Assembly: GCA_018608485.1 (NCBI GenBank)
Contig: JABAZK010000163.1
Span: forward strand, 39,961 to 103,960
Direction of reading: 5' to 3'
Length of the DNA: 64,000 nt
Origin: Flavobacteriaceae bacterium
Lineage (GTDB): Bacteria > Bacteroidota > Bacteroidia > Flavobacteriales > Flavobacteriaceae
How positions within the stretch are numbered: position 1 is the stretch's first letter; each line of letters starts with the position of its first letter. The notes under the pieces are model-generated. The model had not been told where the DNA came from. It made no database searches and worked only from the letters and a program-made list of their open reading frames with translations. This document shows, piece by piece, positions 20,501 to 31,741 of the stretch. The position numbers were made by a program, and so were the translations under genes.

Positions 20501-22005
20501 AATTCCCTTATCTAAATATTGATTTTGATTTTGATGGTGACACAACTGTTGGTTTAAATGGCCAATCCTTTGAATTAAACAATATTAACTTATTAGATAC
20601 TAAATATCAGACTAAAGGAGTCTTAGATGGAACTATAACTCATCAAAATTTTGATCAATGGGCTTTAGATATTGATATTTTAACACCAAACTTGTTGGTA
20701 TTAGACACTGAAAATTCTGATGAGGCTTTATACTATGGAACAGGTTTTATTCAAGGAAACGCCAGTATTACCGGCTTAACAAATAATATTACCATAGATG
20801 TAAATGCAAAAACGATGCCCAATACAAGTTTTGTGATTCCATTAAAAGACATTGCATCGATAGAAACGTATAGGCTAATTCATTTTAAATCTGAGCAAAC
20901 AGTAGAAGAACTTCAAGAAAAATTAGCTTTAGATGCTATTGAAGGAGTGTCATTAAATATAGACCTAGAGGTCACAAAAGATGCACAAGCTCAAATAGTA
21001 ATAGATGAAGTAAATGGAAGTGAACTAAGTGGAAGAGGATTAGGTGATTTACGAATAGAAATCAATACAAATGGTAAGTTTGCTATGTTTGGAGATTACA
21101 CAATAGATACAGGTATTTATAACTTTAAATATGGAGGAATAGTTAATAAACCATTTACTATTTTAAAAGGAGGAACTATCGCATGGAGTGGCAATCCTTA
21201 CGAGGCTAATTTAAATGTAACAGCAGTGTATACAACCAATGCCAATCCAGCTGTCTTGTTAGAGAATTTTAATACAAATAGAAAAATACCTGTTGATTTG
21301 ATTACCAATATTTCAGGTAGTTTATTTAATTCTAAACAAGATTTTGATATTGAAATTCAAAACTCAAATTCTACAATTGCTTCAGAGTTAGACTTTGTGT
21401 TAAATGACAATGATGTGAATTCAAAAATGCGTCAATTTTTAACACTCCTTGCCGCAGGAACATTCGCAAATCCAAATGGAGGTAATATTAATGGAAGTGA
21501 ACTACTAACTGGAACAACATCTAATGCAATAGGTTCAATTTTGTCAGATATTATAAGTAGTAATACAGTAAGATTAGATTTAGGTTATTCAACTGGAGGG
21601 ATACAAAGCCCTCAAGATGAGCTAATCACAGACGATCAATTTGATGTATCACTTACCACTCAAATTAGTAAAAATATAATTGTGAATGGTAAGGTTGGGG
21701 TACCTGTTGGAGCTCAAACACAATCTAGTGTTGTTGGGGAGGTAAAAGTTGAGGTGTTATTAAATGAATCAGGTAATTTCAGAAGTGTAATTTTTAATAG
21801 ACAGAATGAAATTCAATATTCTGCTCAAGAGGAAGGATATACTCAAGGGATAGGATTGTCTTATCAAGTTAATTTTAATTCGCTGTCTGATTTGTTAAAA
21901 AAAATCGGATTAAAGAAGAAAAAAAATAATAAAATGATTGAAACAAAAGATTCAATCATATCTAATCACAAAGGACTTTTAAATTTCAAAAATAATAACA
22001 ATTAA
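17560..22005 (+). CDS. tamB: TamB/AsmA-like translocation and assembly module protein (probable ATC start at 17560; TTG at 17614 in track)
   Basis: N-terminal anchor ...SIPAVQT, a long beta-rich body and a DUF490-type C-terminus (GTIAWSGNPYEANL). The frame is open upstream to a stop at 17551. Confidence 0.88.
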   Translation: MKKNFKILFKWLKYLVLFLVFLIITFSIPAVQTKLAGLVTENLNEDFGTSLKISKVDLSFLGSVSLKGIEIKDHHQDTLIYVERLRSSLLDVKRILENNIQLKSTSLKGVYVNVKNYKDEEIDNLTVFVDKFEDDNPTDPSSNPFKISSSNIYFENINYKQIDENKTIPLDFAAYHGGGSLQDFSIVGPNVFLKIRGLYFIENRGLEITNLTTDFKYTKSQMQFYNTILQTNTSTLFADIDFNYERENLSKFIELVNINANFKNSFVSTTDLKKIYKEFDGNDILRFETTLKGSLNNFSLQSLNLSSDKGIEIIGDVNLINSVKQEEFFLSANLENASADYFKLKEVFPNLLGKTLPTELIKFGEFSLSGFTKITPSSIEATLDINSEIGKVVADLELNNFDSLDNAVYNGEVLLDKFDLGNLFDDDTFGNFSFEGLVDGKGFRLENINTQLIGTISQIEFNKYNYQNITVNGLYQNNLFNGKLGFVDDNLNGTFEGLADLSEEINKFDFKTTINYANLRALNLYSRDSVSELSGVIDLDLTGNKLDNVIGIANFKNIEYTNEKELYPFKQFLIFSTLKDGVRQIRIDSEDIIKGELIGDFKFEEMLPLAQNALGSMYSNYTPYEVSLNQFLKFDFVIYNKIVDVFYPEISVAPGTKIIGSIKSDDNQLKVKINSPKITAFEIIIDSLSLNTDNKRSLYDTSLSAKSIKTPSYSLSKVLLFNKTINDTLFFKSVFNGGVSEKEKFNLDFFYTIDNNKKSVLGIEKSTFNYKGNVWDLNPDNNSENKMIFDINANEYVFSPFRLKSNEQEINFKGTVRDSTFKNIDIDFTNVYLKSFLPTIDSLKLKGKLDGTVTIYQKEGVYGPKGNLSVEDFEINNFKQGDLSLNIEGESSYEKYDVNFSLEREQVKSISAIGSLDFSETRPKIDVSVNLEEFELNAFSPLGEDVLSKIRGDATGDFTLRGFLRNPEMEGKLLLKDAGLQFPYLNIDFDFDGDTTVGLNGQSFELNNINLLDTKYQTKGVLDGTITHQNFDQWALDIDILTPNLLVLDTENSDEALYYGTGFIQGNASITGLTNNITIDVNAKTMPNTSFVIPLKDIASIETYRLIHFKSEQTVEELQEKLALDAIEGVSLNIDLEVTKDAQAQIVIDEVNGSELSGRGLGDLRIEINTNGKFAMFGDYTIDTGIYNFKYGGIVNKPFTILKGGTIAWSGNPYEANLNVTAVYTTNANPAVLLENFNTNRKIPVDLITNISGSLFNSKQDFDIEIQNSNSTIASELDFVLNDNDVNSKMRQFLTLLAAGTFANPNGGNINGSELLTGTTSNAIGSILSDIISSNTVRLDLGYSTGGIQSPQDELITDDQFDVSLTTQISKNIIVNGKVGVPVGAQTQSSVVGEVKVEVLLNESGNFRSVIFNRQNEIQYSAQEEGYTQGIGLSYQVNFNSLSDLLKKIGLKKKKNNKMIETKDSIISNHKGLLNFKNNNN

Positions 22006-22081
22006 ATTTTTGATATTATTTCTGTAAATTTATTAGAGTGAAATTAACTCACAAATAATACTACTTTGCTAGTAAAATAAC

Positions 22082-22095
22082 CGAAATCGATTTCG
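22082..22095. promoter_or_regulatory. LacI-type palindromic operator candidate upstream of pfkA-gap
   Basis: Perfect palindrome CGAAATCGATTTCG with a central CG. Confidence 0.55.
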
Positions 22096-22145
22096 TTTTT
22101 TTTTTGTTCAAAGTAAGTTTTAATAAGTATTTTTACATTTAAATT

Positions 22146-23129
22146 ATGGGAAAAATTAATAAAATAGCCGTAATGACATCAGGAGGTGATTCTCCTGGTA
22201 TGAATGCTGCAATTCGTTCAGTAGTAAGGACTTGCGCCTACTACAGTAAAGAATGTATTGGGGTGTACAGAGGGTATCAAGGAATGATTGAAGGAGATTT
22301 TACTACGCTAACTGCTAGAAATATTAACAATATCATTAACAAAGGAGGCACCATACTAAAATCTGCGAGATCTGATGAATTTAGAACTCCTGAAGGAAGG
22401 AAGAAAGCGTTTAAGCAATTAAAAGATAATAACATAGATGGTCTAGTAGTTATTGGGGGAGATGGATCTTTTACTGGAGGTGTAGTTTTTAATAAAGAAT
22501 ATAATTTTCCAGTTATAGGAATACCTGGTACTATAGATAACGATATTTTCGGAACCTCACATACTATTGGTTATGACACTGCCTTAAATACTGCAGTAGA
22601 TGCAATAGATAAAATTAGAGATACAGCATCTTCTCACAATAGATTATTCTTTGTGGAAGTAATGGGTAGAGATGCTGGATTTATTGCTTTGAATGCTGGT
22701 GTTGGAGCTGGAGCAGAAGAAATTTTGATCCCAGAAGAAAATTTAGGATTAGACAGGTTACTGGAATCTTTAGTAAAAAGTAGAAAATCGGGTAAATCCT
22801 CAAGTATAGTTGTAGTGGCTGAGGGTGATAAATCAGGAAAAAATGTCTTTGAATTAGCTGAGTATGTTGAAGAAAATATGCCGGAATATGACGTTAGGGT
22901 TTCAGTTTTAGGGCACATGCAAAGAGGAGGTACACCCTCTTGTTTTGATAGAGTCTTAGCTAGTAGGCTCGGCGTGAAAGCAATAGAAATGATCATAGAA
23001 AATAAAACCAATTTAATGATTGGTCTTAAGAATAATACAGTAATAACTACAGACCTAGAAGAGGCAATTACTGGAGGGCATGAAATTAATAAAGAACTCC
23101 TTAGAGTTTCTGATATCATGTCAACATAA
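22146..23129 (+). CDS. pfkA: ATP-dependent 6-phosphofructokinase
   Basis: TSGGDSPGMN, GGDGS, PGTIDND and EVMGR. Confidence 0.98.
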   Translation: MGKINKIAVMTSGGDSPGMNAAIRSVVRTCAYYSKECIGVYRGYQGMIEGDFTTLTARNINNIINKGGTILKSARSDEFRTPEGRKKAFKQLKDNNIDGLVVIGGDGSFTGGVVFNKEYNFPVIGIPGTIDNDIFGTSHTIGYDTALNTAVDAIDKIRDTASSHNRLFFVEVMGRDAGFIALNAGVGAGAEEILIPEENLGLDRLLESLVKSRKSGKSSSIVVVAEGDKSGKNVFELAEYVEENMPEYDVRVSVLGHMQRGGTPSCFDRVLASRLGVKAIEMIIENKTNLMIGLKNNTVITTDLEEAITGGHEINKELLRVSDIMST

Positions 23130-23149
23130 TATAAAAATAAATTAAATAA

Positions 23150-24154
<1,005 letters not shown>

Positions 24155-24178
24155 ACATAATAAGCACATACTAAAAAT

Positions 24179-24213
24179 AAAAAAAGTTGTCTCATATATA
24201 GACAACTTTTTTT
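24179..24213. terminator. Bidirectional terminator between gap and the Rid gene
   Basis: A7-GTTGTCT ... AGACAAC-T7 inverted repeat. Confidence 0.85.
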
Positions 24214-24592
24214 ATTTAACAGCTATCATGCTAATCTCAATATTTACAAATTTTGGTAGGTTTGCAACTTCAACAGTCTCTCTAGCTGGAGCGGACTCCT
24301 CATTAAAATAGCTTCCATAAACTTTATTTATTTCTGAAAAACTTCTCATATCTGAAATAAAAATAGAGGTTTTTACTACATTTTCAAAAGTCATATTAGC
24401 AGCAGCCAAGACAGCTTTCATATTTTCCATTACTAAAGAAGTTTCTTCTTGAATACTGTTATTTTTTAATTCTCCAGAAGATGGGTCAATTGCAATTTGA
24501 CCAGAAGTATACAACGTGTTACCACTCAATACGGCTTGATTGTATGGCCCAATTGGAGCTGGAGCTTTTGAAGTTTTGATTATTTTTTTCAT
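24212..24592 (-). CDS. RidA/YjgF family reactive-intermediate deaminase
   Basis: APAPIGPYNQA, SGQI and PARETVEVANLP. Confidence 0.93.
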   Translation of the reverse strand: MKKIIKTSKAPAPIGPYNQAVLSGNTLYTSGQIAIDPSSGELKNNSIQEETSLVMENMKAVLAAANMTFENVVKTSIFISDMRSFSEINKVYGSYFNEESAPARETVEVANLPKFVNIEISMIAVK

Positions 24593-24604
24593 GATATTAT
24601 TATT

Positions 24605-27313
24605 TTAAAAAAGTACTCTGTCTGGAGGTTTGTTTTGTTCGTATTTAAGATCACTCAAGACTCCCTTAACCCCAATAAAAAACACATAGGATTGATTGTT
24701 TCCAAATGGCACCCAATTAAAGTTAAGTTTCCAGCTATCTAGATCTCTAGAAAAATTCATTCTAGTAAAAGTGAAGCCACCACTTTGGATATCGTACCCA
24801 GAAGAAAAGCCCACTTTCCACTTAGGTGTTAAATCAAAATTCCCGCTAAACATCAACGAATGAGATTGTATACCGATATCTCTTATGCCGTTATTAACGT
24901 AGGATGCAGAATAAGCAAGGTTTAAACTCCATGGAATTTTAGATTTATAAAGTTCTGTAACCTCATCTTCTTTACTATTATTCTGCGAGTCATTAGAGTT
25001 AGATGCAAAGCTATTTGTAGGGTTAATATTTTTACCAAGTACATCTGGTGTATTTTGGTTTCCATTTCCAGAATTATTACTTTCATTATTTTGACCATCA
25101 AAATCTTTACTAGATAGTGTGTAATTAGCAGTCATATTAGCTCTAGTTAACCTAAACAATCCTTTTACAAATTTATCTATCCGTTGTCCTGTTTCATTTA
25201 TTTGATAAGGGTCTAGTGAGGCATTTAAATTTAGAGCAAGCTTATCTTTAAATATTCTTGTACCAAGAGAGGCTTTTACTGGAGACCATCGTAAACTATC
25301 TGCCGCTATATTATATGACGAGTTAAAATTTAAGTTATTTAGAATTGTGATTTTTTTGTCTTCTTCATCGCTATCGGGATCTTCAGGCGCTAACTTACCC
25401 TCTATGACATTATTTAGAGAAAGTCCAATGGTGTTACTTAAACCAGATCCAGGTACGCCATAAAGCCCTATTCCACCATCAAAAGGAGAGTATGTTTCAA
25501 ATGCTGTCCCTTCCAGATTACTTTGAACAGTTTCGTTATATCTTTCGGCAAAATCAGGTCTATAAGAAAAGGAAACTGACGGTCTAACCGTATGTCTAAT
25601 AGCTTTTAACCGTCCCTTTTTAAAATTAAAAGTTCCATAAATATTGGTAGAAAGACTCAAGCCAGAACTGAACTCTCTAAAGTTGCTAAAACTACTTATA
25701 GTATCTGAAACAACAGTTCCAAAAGAACCATCTGTATTTTGTATTGAAGGGTCAAAGTCTTTGTTAATTTTTTTAAAATTCCATACCTCTCTATAGTTAA
25801 TTTGAGGAGATAAAGTGAAGTAATTTAGTAAGGTAATATTTGTACTTGCGTCTGCCCTATGTTGAACTCCTGCTTTGGCTGTCTTAAACATTTCTGATTT
25901 AAAAAAATCATCTTCATTTGTATTGATTCTGTATTCACCCTGCATATTGTATGTTAATCCCATTTTTTGAAGTGGATTCTTTTTGATTCCACCTTTCCCG
26001 GCAAATGGATAAATTCTACTCATAGAAACCTGAAGAGAAGGAAGTGCCATAGTAACAGTACCTGTATTTGTGTTTTGAGAATGAGTAGCATTTGCACTCA
26101 TATTAAATGGTGTACCAGTAAAGGTTTTTTGATATGAAATGGAAGAACTAAAGGTATTGGTTAAAAAATTTGAGTTATTAAACTCATTTAAAGATTGTCT
26201 ATAATATTGGCTACTCCCTAAATTTACTGATGCACTGAAATTAGAACTTGGACTAGATTTTGAATCTTGCCTGTGACTCCATCTAACATTGAAGTTGGTT
26301 GCCTCTGAGTAATCATCAAAACCTCTAGTACTTCTAATTAATTTTTCAAAACTTAGATTGAAACCTCCTGAGAATTTATACCTAACATAATATTGAGAAT
26401 TAGTTCTAAAACCCCAACTTCCATTGGAATATACATCCCCTAATAATTCAAGATCTACATAATCATTTACCGCAAAATAATATCCTCCATTCTGTATTCC
26501 TATACCTCTATTGGACGTACTTGTTTGAATCGCTGGAAAAATAAAACCTGATGTTCGGTTTTTCCCCAATGGGAAATAAGCAAATGGAAGAAAAACAGGT
26601 GTAGGTACATCAGCAATCACAAGATTACTTAATCCAGCAACTATTTTTTTATTTGGTACTACTTTCGCCTTTTTAACTCCAATATAATAATCAGGTTTTT
26701 CTTTGTCTGAACTTGTGAATTTTATCTTTCGCATGTAGATTGTAGAATCATTAACACGTTTAGCTTTCTCACCCAAAACAAACATTTCAGGTTCTTGTTT
26801 GGTTTTTATACCGTAAATGATCGCTTTTTTAGTTTTGAAGTTGTAAATCATAGAATCTTGTTCTGATTCTTGACTACCTTGTTTAAATATAGGCCTTTGA
26901 TTATACCCTGTACTATCTTTGATACCTTTGGCAAACAGGGTGTTTTTTATGTAGTCTATTACTATAATACCAGCCTTTAAGTCTATGTCAGTGTATACTA
27001 GTTGAGCTTCGTTGTAGAGTGTAACTGTTTTGTTTTTTACATTTTGAGTAGTGTAATCTTTAGCAATGTGAGAAATTAAATCTGTAATAGCTTCTTTTGG
27101 GCGAATACTGTCTACTTGAACGCTATCTTGTTTTTGTGAAATTAGTGTATCTTTTTTAATAGTTGTTGTTGGTAAAAAAGTTGTTTTTGCTAAACTGTCA
27201 TTAGTTATCAGCGGGATTGGTAAAACTTCTGGCTTTATATCCTGTGATCTTATGTTAGTTAGAGAACAACATAGAAGTAAAATTAAAAGTATGTAAGACA
27301 GATTTGATTGCAA
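24605..27313 (-). CDS. lptD: Putative LPS-assembly protein LptD (Bacteroidota type)
   Basis: OstA-like N-terminal region, SGFIFP...NGGYYF, and a C-terminal barrel ending RDLDSWKLNFNWVPFG. Confidence 0.88.
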   Translation of the reverse strand: MQSNLSYILLILLLCCSLTNIRSQDIKPEVLPIPLITNDSLAKTTFLPTTTIKKDTLISQKQDSVQVDSIRPKEAITDLISHIAKDYTTQNVKNKTVTLYNEAQLVYTDIDLKAGIIVIDYIKNTLFAKGIKDSTGYNQRPIFKQGSQESEQDSMIYNFKTKKAIIYGIKTKQEPEMFVLGEKAKRVNDSTIYMRKIKFTSSDKEKPDYYIGVKKAKVVPNKKIVAGLSNLVIADVPTPVFLPFAYFPLGKNRTSGFIFPAIQTSTSNRGIGIQNGGYYFAVNDYVDLELLGDVYSNGSWGFRTNSQYYVRYKFSGGFNLSFEKLIRSTRGFDDYSEATNFNVRWSHRQDSKSSPSSNFSASVNLGSSQYYRQSLNEFNNSNFLTNTFSSSISYQKTFTGTPFNMSANATHSQNTNTGTVTMALPSLQVSMSRIYPFAGKGGIKKNPLQKMGLTYNMQGEYRINTNEDDFFKSEMFKTAKAGVQHRADASTNITLLNYFTLSPQINYREVWNFKKINKDFDPSIQNTDGSFGTVVSDTISSFSNFREFSSGLSLSTNIYGTFNFKKGRLKAIRHTVRPSVSFSYRPDFAERYNETVQSNLEGTAFETYSPFDGGIGLYGVPGSGLSNTIGLSLNNVIEGKLAPEDPDSDEEDKKITILNNLNFNSSYNIAADSLRWSPVKASLGTRIFKDKLALNLNASLDPYQINETGQRIDKFVKGLFRLTRANMTANYTLSSKDFDGQNNESNNSGNGNQNTPDVLGKNINPTNSFASNSNDSQNNSKEDEVTELYKSKIPWSLNLAYSASYVNNGIRDIGIQSHSLMFSGNFDLTPKWKVGFSSGYDIQSGGFTFTRMNFSRDLDSWKLNFNWVPFGNNQSYVFFIGVKGVLSDLKYEQNKPPDRVLF

Positions 27314-27399
27314 TATTTATTATGCTATTTTTGTGTATGAGTAAAAATATGCTTCAATATTTGAAGCACCAAATTAGAATAGCCAAAATTAGTTAAATT

Positions 27400-28533
27400 T
27401 TGTTGATACATACTACATATAAAGACAAATTTGATACCAAGATAACCCTAGCCATAGTAGTTATTTTCTCATTTATTTTTTTAAACACAACTCTTGTTTA
27501 TTCACAAGATAAAAAATTTATTGTGGTACTTGACGCAGGTCACGGTGGGAATGATCCAGGAAATATAGGTAATGGTTATCGAGAAAAAACTATTGCACTA
27601 AAAGTTGTCAAGGAAATTCGCAATGAACTCCAAAAAATTAATGATATTAAAGTAATCTTGACTAGAGATAAAGATGTTTTAATTAATCTTTGGAAAAGAG
27701 GCGAAATTGCCAACAAAGCCAAAGCTGATTTATTTGTCTCTATTCATTGTGATTCTCATTCGTCAAATGCATATGGAGCAGGTACTTTTGTACTAGGTTT
27801 ACATGCTAATAAAAGAAATTTTGATGTAGCTAAACGTGAAAATGCTGTGATTTCTCTTGAGGATAATTACAGAGAAAGATATAAAGGATTTGACCCAAAT
27901 TCAGAGGAGTCTGTTCTTGGACTTACGTTATTGCAAGAGGAAAATCTAGATAAGAGTTTTTTATTAGCTGCTGATATTCAACAAAATTTTTCTAAAGCTT
28001 TAAAAAGAAAAAATAGAGGAGTAAAACAAGCAGGCTTTGTAGTTTTACATCAGACTTATATGCCTAGTGTGTTGATAGAGTTAGGTTTTCTAACGAATAA
28101 AAATGAAGGAAAGTTTTTAAATTCTAAAAGCGGTCAACAAAAGATGGCTAAAGAAATAGCTAGATCCATCAAGAAATATTACAATCAATTAAAGCTAAAT
28201 ACTGTAGTTGTCAATGATCAGATTTCTATTGAAAACAGCAAAGTTGATGCTACTATTAGAGACGAAGATAAGTTAGAAGAAGAGGTTATTTTTAAAATTC
28301 AAATAGCTTCAAGTAAAAATAAAATCGAACTAAAATCATACAATTTTAAGGGGTTAAAAAACGTTCAAAGAGTAAAAGTTGGGTCTTATTATAAATATTA
28401 TTTTGGAGTTACTACTATTTACAACAAAGTAAAAAACTCACTTTTAAAAGCAAAAAGCAAAGGGTATTCAGATGCTTACATAGCGGCTTTTAAGAAAGGA
28501 AAAAAAGTATCTCTTACCGAGGTTTTGAAATAG
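27400..28533 (+). CDS. N-acetylmuramoyl-L-alanine amidase (Amidase_3)
   Basis: VVLDAGHGGNDPG, FVSIHCD and MPSVLIELGF. Confidence 0.95.
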   Translation: MLIHTTYKDKFDTKITLAIVVIFSFIFLNTTLVYSQDKKFIVVLDAGHGGNDPGNIGNGYREKTIALKVVKEIRNELQKINDIKVILTRDKDVLINLWKRGEIANKAKADLFVSIHCDSHSSNAYGAGTFVLGLHANKRNFDVAKRENAVISLEDNYRERYKGFDPNSEESVLGLTLLQEENLDKSFLLAADIQQNFSKALKRKNRGVKQAGFVVLHQTYMPSVLIELGFLTNKNEGKFLNSKSGQQKMAKEIARSIKKYYNQLKLNTVVVNDQISIENSKVDATIRDEDKLEEEVIFKIQIASSKNKIELKSYNFKGLKNVQRVKVGSYYKYYFGVTTIYNKVKNSLLKAKSKGYSDAYIAAFKKGKKVSLTEVLK

Positions 28534-28591
28534 TTCTTTTTCCTGTTATCTCACAAAAAATAGTAGTATTATTGTAATAAAAATTTAAAAA

Positions 28592-29557
28592 ATGTCTAAA
28601 GAGTTAAAAACAGGTGTAGCTGCGATTATAATTTTATGTTTGGGCTATTGGGGTTTTAATTTTTTGAAAGGTCAAAACCTTTTAGAACCAGCCTCAAGAG
28701 TTTTTTATATAGAATATGATAATATCCAAGGACTCAACAAAGCCAGTACCGTTAGTATAAATGGTTTACAAGTTGGAAAAGTATCAGAAATTACCTTCAA
28801 TACAGACACTGTGAAAAAAGGTAAATTGGTAGTAGAAATTGCCTTAGATAATAACTTTGAGTTTTCAAAAAATAGTGTTGCTAAAATTTATTCCACAAGT
28901 ATTATAGGAGGAGAATCACTTGCAATTATCCCAAGTTATGATGGGGAAATTGCTGTTTCTGGAGATTATTTGATTGGCGAGGTAGAGTCAGATATATTTA
29001 CTTCAGTAGAAAAAACGTTAAACCCTCTTAAAACCAAAATAGAACGTGTTATTATAGGTGCAGATTCATTGCTAATAGCATTAAACGATGTTTTAGATCT
29101 AGAATCTAGAGATAGTTTTAAAAGAACAATTTTAGGTCTAGAATCAACTGTTGGTTCAATGACTACTTCAATTGAGTCTTTTAACAACATAGTAGATGCT
29201 TCAAAGGCAGATATAGATATAACACTTCAAAACACAAAAAGAATTACTGAAAATATATCTAAAGTTTCTGACACTCTTGCAAGTGTAGATTTTGGACAGA
29301 CTGTAAGAACGCTTCAAATTACACTTGAAAATGTAAATGGATTGCTTGTTAACATAGAAAATGGTCAGGGTTCACTTGGTAAGTTAGCAACTGATAACGC
29401 AATGTATGAAAATTTAACAAACGCTTCTAAAGAACTAGAGGAATTACTTAAAGAGATGAAGTTAAACCCAAAAAGATTTGTTCACTTTTCGTTATTTGGT
29501 AAGAAAGCAAAACCTTACATGAAGGAAGAAAGTAAAAAAGATAATTCCAATGAGTAA
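28592..29557 (+). CDS. MlaD/MCE family protein
   Basis: N-terminal TM, GLNKASTVSINGLQVGKV MCE motif, coiled coil, GSLGKL and NPKRFV. Confidence 0.92.
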   Translation: MSKELKTGVAAIIILCLGYWGFNFLKGQNLLEPASRVFYIEYDNIQGLNKASTVSINGLQVGKVSEITFNTDTVKKGKLVVEIALDNNFEFSKNSVAKIYSTSIIGGESLAIIPSYDGEIAVSGDYLIGEVESDIFTSVEKTLNPLKTKIERVIIGADSLLIALNDVLDLESRDSFKRTILGLESTVGSMTTSIESFNNIVDASKADIDITLQNTKRITENISKVSDTLASVDFGQTVRTLQITLENVNGLLVNIENGQGSLGKLATDNAMYENLTNASKELEELLKEMKLNPKRFVHFSLFGKKAKPYMKEESKKDNSNE

Positions 29558-29612
29558 TTTTTAGAGTTATTAATAGTAGTAAAACGATTTACATCAAATA
29601 AAAAATAATTAA

Positions 29613-30926
29613 ATGGATTATTTACCAAATGTGATTTTTGCGATAGCATTGCTTTTAGGAATCGGTTTTTTTGTTTCTAATGTATTAAAATTGGTAAGAA
29701 ACATCAAACTTGGTAAAGACCTAGATAGGTCTGATAATAAACTTGAAAGGTGGAAAAATATGGCAAGAATTGCTTTAGGGCAATCAAAAATGGTTAGTAG
29801 ACCAATAGCTGGATTTTTACATATAGTTGTATACATAGGTTTTGTTGTAATTAACATTGAAGTTTTAGAAATTATTATTGACGGATTGTTTGGTACTCAC
29901 AGGGTTTTTCAACCACTTCTTGGAAATTCTATATATGGTTTTTTAATTGGAACATTTGAAATTTTAGCATTTCTCGTTTTAGTAGCCGTAATTATATTTT
30001 GGTTGAGAAGAAATATTGTTCAGTTAAAGAGATTTATGAGCAAAGAAATGAAAGGTTGGCCAAAAAATGACGGTAACTTAATTCTCTACTTTGAAATTGT
30101 TTTGATGTCTTTATTCATCCTCATGAATGCAACAGATTATTCATTTCAACAGGCGGGTTTTGGAAACCCTATAAGTCAATTTGTAGCGCCTTGGTTTTCA
30201 GAGTATTCACTCGAAACTCTCTCTAGTATAGAGCATAAAGCCTGGTGGGCTCATATCATTGGTATTTTAATTTTTTTAAATTATTTATATTATTCAAAAC
30301 ATTTACACATTTTATTAGCTTTTCCAAATACGTTTTATGCAAATCTTCAGCCTAAAGGCCAATTTAACAATCTATCATCAGTAACCAAAGAAGTAAGAAT
30401 GATGATGGATCCTGATACAGATCCGTACGCCATACCAGAGGAAGGTGCAGAGGAGGAAATTCCTGAAAAATTTGGAGCTAGTGATGTTACTGATTTAAAT
30501 TGGGTACAATTACTTAATGCATACACCTGTACAGAATGTGGTAGATGTACTTCTTCTTGTCCAGCTAATATGACAGGTAAAGAACTGTCACCAAGAGCTA
30601 TTATGATGAAAACCAGAGACCGATTAGAGGAAGTTGGTAGAAATATAGATAGTAATAAAGGTACTTTTAAAGAAGATGGTAAGCAATTACTCAATGATTA
30701 TATTACACCTGAGGAATTGTGGGCATGTACCAGCTGTAATGCTTGTGTAGAGGAATGTCCTATAGATATAGATCCATTGTCTATCATAATGGATATGAGA
30801 AGATTCTTAGTTATGGAGCAGTCTGCTGCACCACAAGAATTGAACATGATGATGACTAATATTGAAAATAATGGTGCTCCATGGCAGTACAATCAACAAG
30901 ATAGATTAAACTGGAAAGACGAATAA
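29613..30926 (+). CDS. Membrane-anchored Fe-S oxidoreductase subunit
   Basis: TM region plus two CxxCxxCxxxCP motifs (CTECGRCTSSCP, CTSCNACVEECP). Confidence 0.92.
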   Translation: MDYLPNVIFAIALLLGIGFFVSNVLKLVRNIKLGKDLDRSDNKLERWKNMARIALGQSKMVSRPIAGFLHIVVYIGFVVINIEVLEIIIDGLFGTHRVFQPLLGNSIYGFLIGTFEILAFLVLVAVIIFWLRRNIVQLKRFMSKEMKGWPKNDGNLILYFEIVLMSLFILMNATDYSFQQAGFGNPISQFVAPWFSEYSLETLSSIEHKAWWAHIIGILIFLNYLYYSKHLHILLAFPNTFYANLQPKGQFNNLSSVTKEVRMMMDPDTDPYAIPEEGAEEEIPEKFGASDVTDLNWVQLLNAYTCTECGRCTSSCPANMTGKELSPRAIMMKTRDRLEEVGRNIDSNKGTFKEDGKQLLNDYITPEELWACTSCNACVEECPIDIDPLSIIMDMRRFLVMEQSAAPQELNMMMTNIENNGAPWQYNQQDRLNWKDE

Positions 30927-30937
30927 AAGCAACAAAT

Positions 30938-31714
30938 ATGAATGTACCAACAATGGCAGAAATGATGTCCCAAGGAAAAAAACCAGAAGTTTTATTTTGG
31001 GTTGGAGCAGCAGGAAGTTATGATGACAGGGCAAAAAAAATTACTAGAGCATTTGTTAAGCTATTACACAAAGCAAATGTTGACTTTGCAGTTTTAGGAA
31101 CAGAAGAGAGTTCAACCGGAGATGCTGCTAAAAGAGCAGGAAATGAATTTCTTTTTCAAATGCAAGCGATATCTAATATTGAAATATTAAACTCATACGA
31201 AGTTAAAACGATAGTTTGTACAGATCCACATTCATTTAATACATTAAAAAATGAATATCCAGAATTAGGTGGGAATTATGAGGTGTACCATCACACACAA
31301 TACATAAAGAAATTAGTAGAGGAAGGCAGATTAGAAATAAAAAAATCCTTAAAGGGTAAACAGGTTACCTATCATGATCCTTGTTATTTAGGAAGAGGGA
31401 ACGGTGTCTATGAATCTCCAAGAGATATTATAAGAAAATTAGGAGTTCAACTTAAAGAGATGAAACAACATAAAAACAGAGCTTTATGTTGTGGTGCAGG
31501 AGGAGCTCAAATGTTTAAAGATGCAGAAAAAGGAGATAAAGAAATTAATATTCTAAGAACAGAACAAGCATTGGAAACAAATGCAAAAATAATTGCGACA
31601 GGATGTCCTTATTGTAATACAATGATGACAGACGGTGTTAAGTTTCATGAGAAAGAATCTCAAATCATAGTTAAAGATATTGCTGAATTAATTGCAGAGG
31701 CTGATAATTTATAA
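30938..31714 (+). CDS. CCG-domain Fe-S protein (GlpC/HdrD-like)
   Basis: YHDPCYLGR, CCGAGG and TGCPYC. Confidence 0.92.
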   Translation: MNVPTMAEMMSQGKKPEVLFWVGAAGSYDDRAKKITRAFVKLLHKANVDFAVLGTEESSTGDAAKRAGNEFLFQMQAISNIEILNSYEVKTIVCTDPHSFNTLKNEYPELGGNYEVYHHTQYIKKLVEEGRLEIKKSLKGKQVTYHDPCYLGRGNGVYESPRDIIRKLGVQLKEMKQHKNRALCCGAGGAQMFKDAEKGDKEINILRTEQALETNAKIIATGCPYCNTMMTDGVKFHEKESQIIVKDIAELIAEADNL

Positions 31715-31741
31715 TTCTCATAGAAGAAACAATTACCATCC

